Source: Octopus bimaculoides (Eukaryota). Taken from it: a stretch of DNA of 64,000 bases. The stretch lies in the NCBI RefSeq assembly GCF_001194135.2, contig NC_068983.1:163026760-163090759 (forward strand). Reading direction: 5' to 3'. A model generated the notes under the pieces. That model ran no database searches, was not told the DNA's origin, and worked only from the letters and a program-made list of their open reading frames with translations. Below, in pieces: positions 58,651 to 64,000 of this stretch (position 1 is the stretch's first letter; the number at the start of each line of letters is the position of its first letter). Position numbers and translations under genes: made by a program.

Positions 58651-60446
58651 TATATATATATGTATGCGAGAGTGTACGTTTGTATGTGTGGATCCTGCAT
58701 ATTCATGTGTTTGTGTGTTTGTGTGTATATGCGAATTTGTCTGTGTAACTCTGTCTTCCTCCCTGTCTCTGTCTCTCTCCCTGTCTCTGTCTCTCTCCCT
58801 GTCTCTGTCTCTNNNNNNNNNNNNNNNNNNNNNNNNNNNNNNNNNNNNNNNNNNNNNNNNNNNNNNNNNNNNNNNNNNNNNNNNNNNNNNNNNNNNNNNN
58901 NNNNNNNNNNNNNNNNNNNNNNNNNNNNNNNNNNNNNNNNNNNNNNNNNNNNNNNNNNNNNNNNNNNNNNNNNNNNNNNNNNNNNNNNNNNNNNNNNNNN
59001 NNNNNNNNNNNNNNNNNNNNNNNNNNNNNNNNNNNNNNNNNNNNNNNNNNNNNNNNNNNNNNNNNNNNNNNNNNNNNNNNNNNNNNNNNNNNNNNNNNNN
59101 NNNNNNNNNNNNNNNNNNNNNNNNNNNNNNNNNNNNNNNNNNNNNNNNNNNNNNNNNNNNNNNNNNNNNNNNNNNNNNNNNNNNNNNNNNNNNNNNNNNN
59201 NNNNNNNNNNNNNNNNNNNNNNNNNNNNNNNNNNNNNNNNNNNNNNNNNNNNNNNNNNNNNNNNNNNNNATATATATATATATATATACACACATATGTA
59301 TATCTATGTATCCATCTATATATTCCTAAAAATTGAGACCAGGCTCTCACTTCCAAAAGTAATTATTTCTAACTCTGGTAAATGCATACAAATTTGTAAA
59401 AGCAGGATACAGTGGTTTGATTTACATTTCTGTCAGTCTCTTGGCACTGATGCTGTCATAACTTTGAAAATATATGGCAAAAAAATCGTAGAGCATTGAG
59501 GTATATGCCTCTGCAAGAACAATGGAGAGGCAATACGAATTATGGGAAGTTTCGACTTCGCTGTGAAAAGGGAAGCAATATTTATTCGTCTTTCTTATTC
59601 CGAAATAATTTTCATTATTTTGTATCTACAGTGGTTTCTCTTTACGAAATCAATAATTCATAATGTTTACCGCCACAGTGCATCAGCTCCGTCTCTATCT
59701 TCGGTTAGAAATTTGAATATCACACATATCCTCCCATATATCCAGCCACGGTCGACAGTGGACATATTTCTTTACACATCGTCCAAAACTTCTTCCACTC
59801 ACTACTTCCTCCGAGAGTACATGGAATACCCTCCCCTTTTCTTAGAAATAAAACCAAGTCACTTTTATCCTCATCTTTTCTAAGAGAAATATTTCATGTA
59901 AGAAAACAGACTCTTTTGTGACATCCGTCTTCATCACTTTTTCCTTTTACCTCATTTGAGACGTCTACAATTTCTATCTACTTTAGAAAGCTAAGATAAT
60001 GAACGAATGCTTTCTCATGTTTTTCGTTATTGGTGTTTTTGTTATTGTTATGTTAATTTGCTGTTCCCAAACATCTTTGTTTTGTGTTTCACAAATTCTA
60101 ACAGTCTCTCTGTTTTCTTGTTTAACTGGCTTCCGTATTTTCGTTCGTTAACTCTTAATTTCTTTCTGTAATTTCAAAATCGTATGGCGCAAGGTGTTTA
60201 TTGACGGTTGTTACCTCTGTCGGTAGCAATTTCTCCTGCGATTATAGAGGTGGATATATTGAACTAATGATATATAATGTAAAATGGATGCTTGCAAAAA
60301 TATTTGTATTCAATGAAATTTCAAATGACTAAAATTTGTTTAATCCAGCCAAGAATGGCGGTGGACTTTGAAATATTCCGAAGCCGTTTTGGAGGCAAAA
60401 TATCTCCAACTCGTCAAAAAGAGAAAAAAAAAACCAAAAAGCAAAA

Positions 60447-60449
<3 letters not shown>

Positions 60450-60505
<56 letters not shown>
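60450..60505. repeat. Poly(A) tract, ~56 nt
   Basis: Directly visible. Confidence 0.95.
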
Positions 60506-60507
<2 letters not shown>

Positions 60508-60864
60508 CAACAAATTCTGCAAAAAGCTGCTGAACAGGAGCTAAATTGTTCAAAATCGCAGATCATTGAAATATGAAAGCAAGAAACAATATAATATTGT
60601 GCATTTATCTTGCAATTTGGGATATGCCCTCCATCGGCTTAAAATAAAAAATCTCAATGGTTTTGGCACCTTCAAACATTAATGTTTCCTGCGTTGGTTC
60701 TTAGCACCTGTGATGCTACAAGAGATGCTCTGTATTATTTTTTTGTAGCATTACAATGTAGTATGACCTTTTCTGTTATCAATGCGGTCTTTACATCAAA
60801 AAGAGTGCAATTTCAATCTTTCAATCATGAATCTCTTTTGCCTTACTGCTAATAATCCTTTCGA

Positions 60865-61070
60865 CTAGAGGTGCAACGCCTGGAATTTTGATGGGTAGGG
60901 GATAAGTCGATTATATCAACCCCAGTGCACAACCAGTGCTTAATGTAGTGACCTCGAAAAGATGAAAGGCACAGTCTACCTCGGCGGTATTTAAACCCAG
61001 ACCATAAAGACGGACGAAATGTCGCTAAGCATTTTGTCCGGAGTGCTAACGATTCAGTGAGCTCGCCGCC
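60865..61070 (-). mobile_element. SINE family B
   Basis: Full head, core and tail. Confidence 0.85.
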
Positions 61071-61267
61071 TTTGTGTTGCTGTTAATAATAAGACAGTTA
61101 ATGTAAGGTTCTGAGTGAACACAGGCTTCAGGAGATATTCAAGAACAAAAGCCATGAAAATATAAGTAATAATATGTATGATGTTGTTCGAAGATAACAA
61201 GAACAGCAAGGAAAAGAACAACATCAATAATAATGCTTTCAAATTAGTTTGAAATTTTGTTACACGG

Positions 61268-61381
61268 CCATGTCGGCCCGAGACTATAATAGACGACACC
61301 TGCCCAAAGTGCCACGCAGTGGGATTGAACCCGGAACCATGTGGTTGTGAAGAACTTCCTACCACTCAACCATGTCTGTGC
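61268..61381 (-). mobile_element. CORE-type SINE (family A), head only
   Basis: GGTTCCGGGTTCAATCCCACTGCGTGGCACTTTGGGCAGGTG on the reverse strand. Confidence 0.8.
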
Positions 61382-63415
61382 CTTGTAGTCGATTTGAAGG
61401 TTACTTTCTACCTTCCTCTATACAATTACCGAGGCTCTGAAAAAGACATGAAAACTCCCGTTCTTTCTCTCTCTCTCTCTCTCTCTCTCTTTGAGTAAAT
61501 GGTAAAAATCAGACAAAAAAAATCCTTTGTATGTTTTGTAACAACGACTTAGAGCAATGGTTAAGTATCCAAAGACATAACATTGTCTCGTAGGTTCCTT
61601 GTTCTTCCCTTCATCCATCTTAGTATAATTCATTACTAATACATTTAATAAAGATATGGAATGAAAAGTAATTTTCTTTCCTTAAGAAAGAAGTCTTGTG
61701 TTTGTGAGAGAAAGCAATTGTTATATATTGTTTCTAGTTTTCCTATCTCGTTTAGTAATTCCATATACATTTATATATTAAATATTTGAAACAATTATAT
61801 GTTAATATTGTGTATATTTCTTCAATATTAATAATTTTATATTTTCTCTAGGAATTTGTTCAATACTAAACTGGTTTTGTGTTTTATCTTTTACAAACGT
61901 ATTTATTTCACAGCTTCATATATAAAATATCAACACTTCAATTCTTAGATGTGAAGGGTAACAAATTATTCCTCAATATAATTTCTTGTCGTCTGATTCC
62001 GTTAAGAAAGTTCACTGACTTTTGATTTAACCTTTCGTGGTTTAATTGAAGTCGAAAGAAGATCTGGAGACATTAATGCATTGTACTGTGTCGAATAAGG
62101 TCCTTGAGGACAAACTATACAAACTATGATAAATTAACAATATTTATTGTATAGACAACCATCAAATGGAACATGGGAAATGTGTCTGGCTAAGTTCTCA
62201 TAAATTTCAAGAATAATGAATATTTATATTCTTTAAATAAGCATGGAAAATATTAAAAATTTATGAATTTTCTAACTATTTTCATTACAATCATATTTTA
62301 AAGGATACAATGGAGGTAATATTTGACAGGAATCATCCAACAAAAGTGAAAGAAAAATTTAAATATTTCATACAATTTCAAAATTGATTCTTTATAAAAG
62401 TCATCTATTATTACCTATTATTATCTTTATATATATTATCTTTATTATTAAATTGAAGACACCGTATCTCTTAATGTTTTAAAATATATCTTTCTCCATT
62501 TAAAGAAACAAAAATGTAATATAGCCAATGTATATTGTATCAGAACTCTAAGATTTATTTATTGTTAACCATAAGCGTATAATATATATATATATATATA
62601 TATANNNNNNNNNNNNNNNNNNNNNNNNNNNNNNNNNNNNNNNNNNNNNNNNNNNNNNNNNNNNNNNNNNNNNNNNNNNNNNNNNNNNNNNNNNNNNNNN
62701 NNNNNNNNNNNNNNNNNNNNNNNNNNNNNNNNNNNNNNNNNNNNNNNNNNNNNNNNNNNNNNNNNNNNNNNNNNNNNNNNNNNNNNNNNNNNNNNNNNNN
62801 NNNNNNNNNNNNNNNNNNNNNNNNNNNNNNNNNNNNNNNNNNNNNNNNNNNNNNNNNNNNNNNNNNNNNNNNNNNNNNNNNNNNNNNNNNNNNNNNNNNN
62901 NNNNNNNNNNNNNNNNNNNNNNNNNNNNNNNNNNNNNNNNNNNNNNNNNNNNNNNNNNNNNNNNNNNNNNNNNNNNNNNNNNNNNNNNNNNNNNNNNNNN
63001 NNNNNNNNNNNNNNNNNNNNNNNNNNNNNNNNNNNNNNNNNNNNNNNNNNNNNNNNNNNNNNNNNNNNNNNNNNNNNNNNNNNNNNNNNNNNNNNNNNNN
63101 NNNNNNNNNNNNNNNNNNNNNNNNNNNNNNNNNNNNNNNNNNNNNNNNNNNNNNNNNNNNNNNNNNNNNNNNNNNNNNNNNNNNNNNNNNNNNNNNNNNN
63201 NNNNNNNNNNNNNNNNNNNNNNNNNNNNNNNNNNNNNNNNNNNNNNNNNNNNNNNNNNNNNNNNNNNNNNNNNNNNNNNNNNNNNNNNNNNNNNNNNNNN
63301 NNNNNNNNNNNNNNNNNNNNNNNNNNNNNNNNNNNNNNNNNNNNNNNNNNNNNNNNNNNNNNNNNNNNNNNNNNNNNNNNNNNNNNNNNNNNNNNNNNNN
63401 NNNNNNNNNNNNNTA

Positions 63416-63452
<37 letters not shown>

Positions 63453-64000
63453 ACTTACATACATTCATACTACACACATACACACATGATAAAATAGACG
63501 AAACGTGATATATTAAAGATACGTTATCGAAAACAAAAGACTTTGTATCTTCCGAAATTAAGAAACATCATTAAATCATTAGATTTTTCAGTTACGAACA
63601 ATATTGGATGCAACAAATATATAAGAAACACTTGGAAAATACAGATCGAAAGTGATATATTTGGAAGTAATCATTTAATTTGCTAGTATGACGGGCATAA
63701 ATCTAATGTTTATATAAATTTTTGACGTGATAAATAGTGCAAATGCATCTTACTCGATCTCGATCATGTTAAATATTTGAAAAGAAAAGAAAAAGCTATA
63801 ATTGTTATTGTTAAATATCTACGAGTTTCTGTTTTGTCTGCTTTTGTTTTACACAGTCTTTCTGCTGTTTTAACGGCTATACTGCGTTCGAAATTGACTT
63901 CCTTGTCTAAACTTTTCAACAGTAAGCTTGTCCTTTTTCCTTCACTAGATTAATTCTCTTCAAACACAACAACGTATTATTATACACATACATACCCAAA

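Noticed and set aside
60292-60576. Poly-lysine / poly-phenylalanine ORFs
   Set aside because: They are translations of the poly(A) tract.
3882-63483. Many long ORFs in the supplied track containing X runs or YI/CV/HT/LSIY repeats
   Set aside because: They read through N-gaps and microsatellites and are not genes.

Overview
AT-rich animal genomic DNA from a gapped short-read assembly, with about 20 N-runs, most flanked by microsatellites. The SINE families look like those of octopus/coleoid cephalopods; this is recognised from memory, not from a search. No host gene is confidently identified, so the window is probably intronic or intergenic. It is a mosaic of transposable elements. DNA transposons: a full-length DD37E (TRT-like) Tc1 with ~200-bp IR/DR ends, an internally deleted DD37D maT, and three mariners. 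Retroelements: R4/Dong-like RLE fragments next to (TACA)n, Tx1/L1, CR1 and RTE fragments, about 25 SINE copies, and several Penelope-like pseudo-LTRs with minimal hammerhead ribozymes and fold-back ends. The most unusual structure is at 23.5-27.1 kb. There a ~2.9-kb RT-less retroelement with ~305-bp direct repeats encodes two tandem ORF1/Gag-like zinc-knuckle units and shares its 3' end with an abundant SINE. It runs directly into a core-intact hammerhead ribozyme and is bracketed by a second, inverted hammerhead pLTR. All alignments and identities were estimated by eye.
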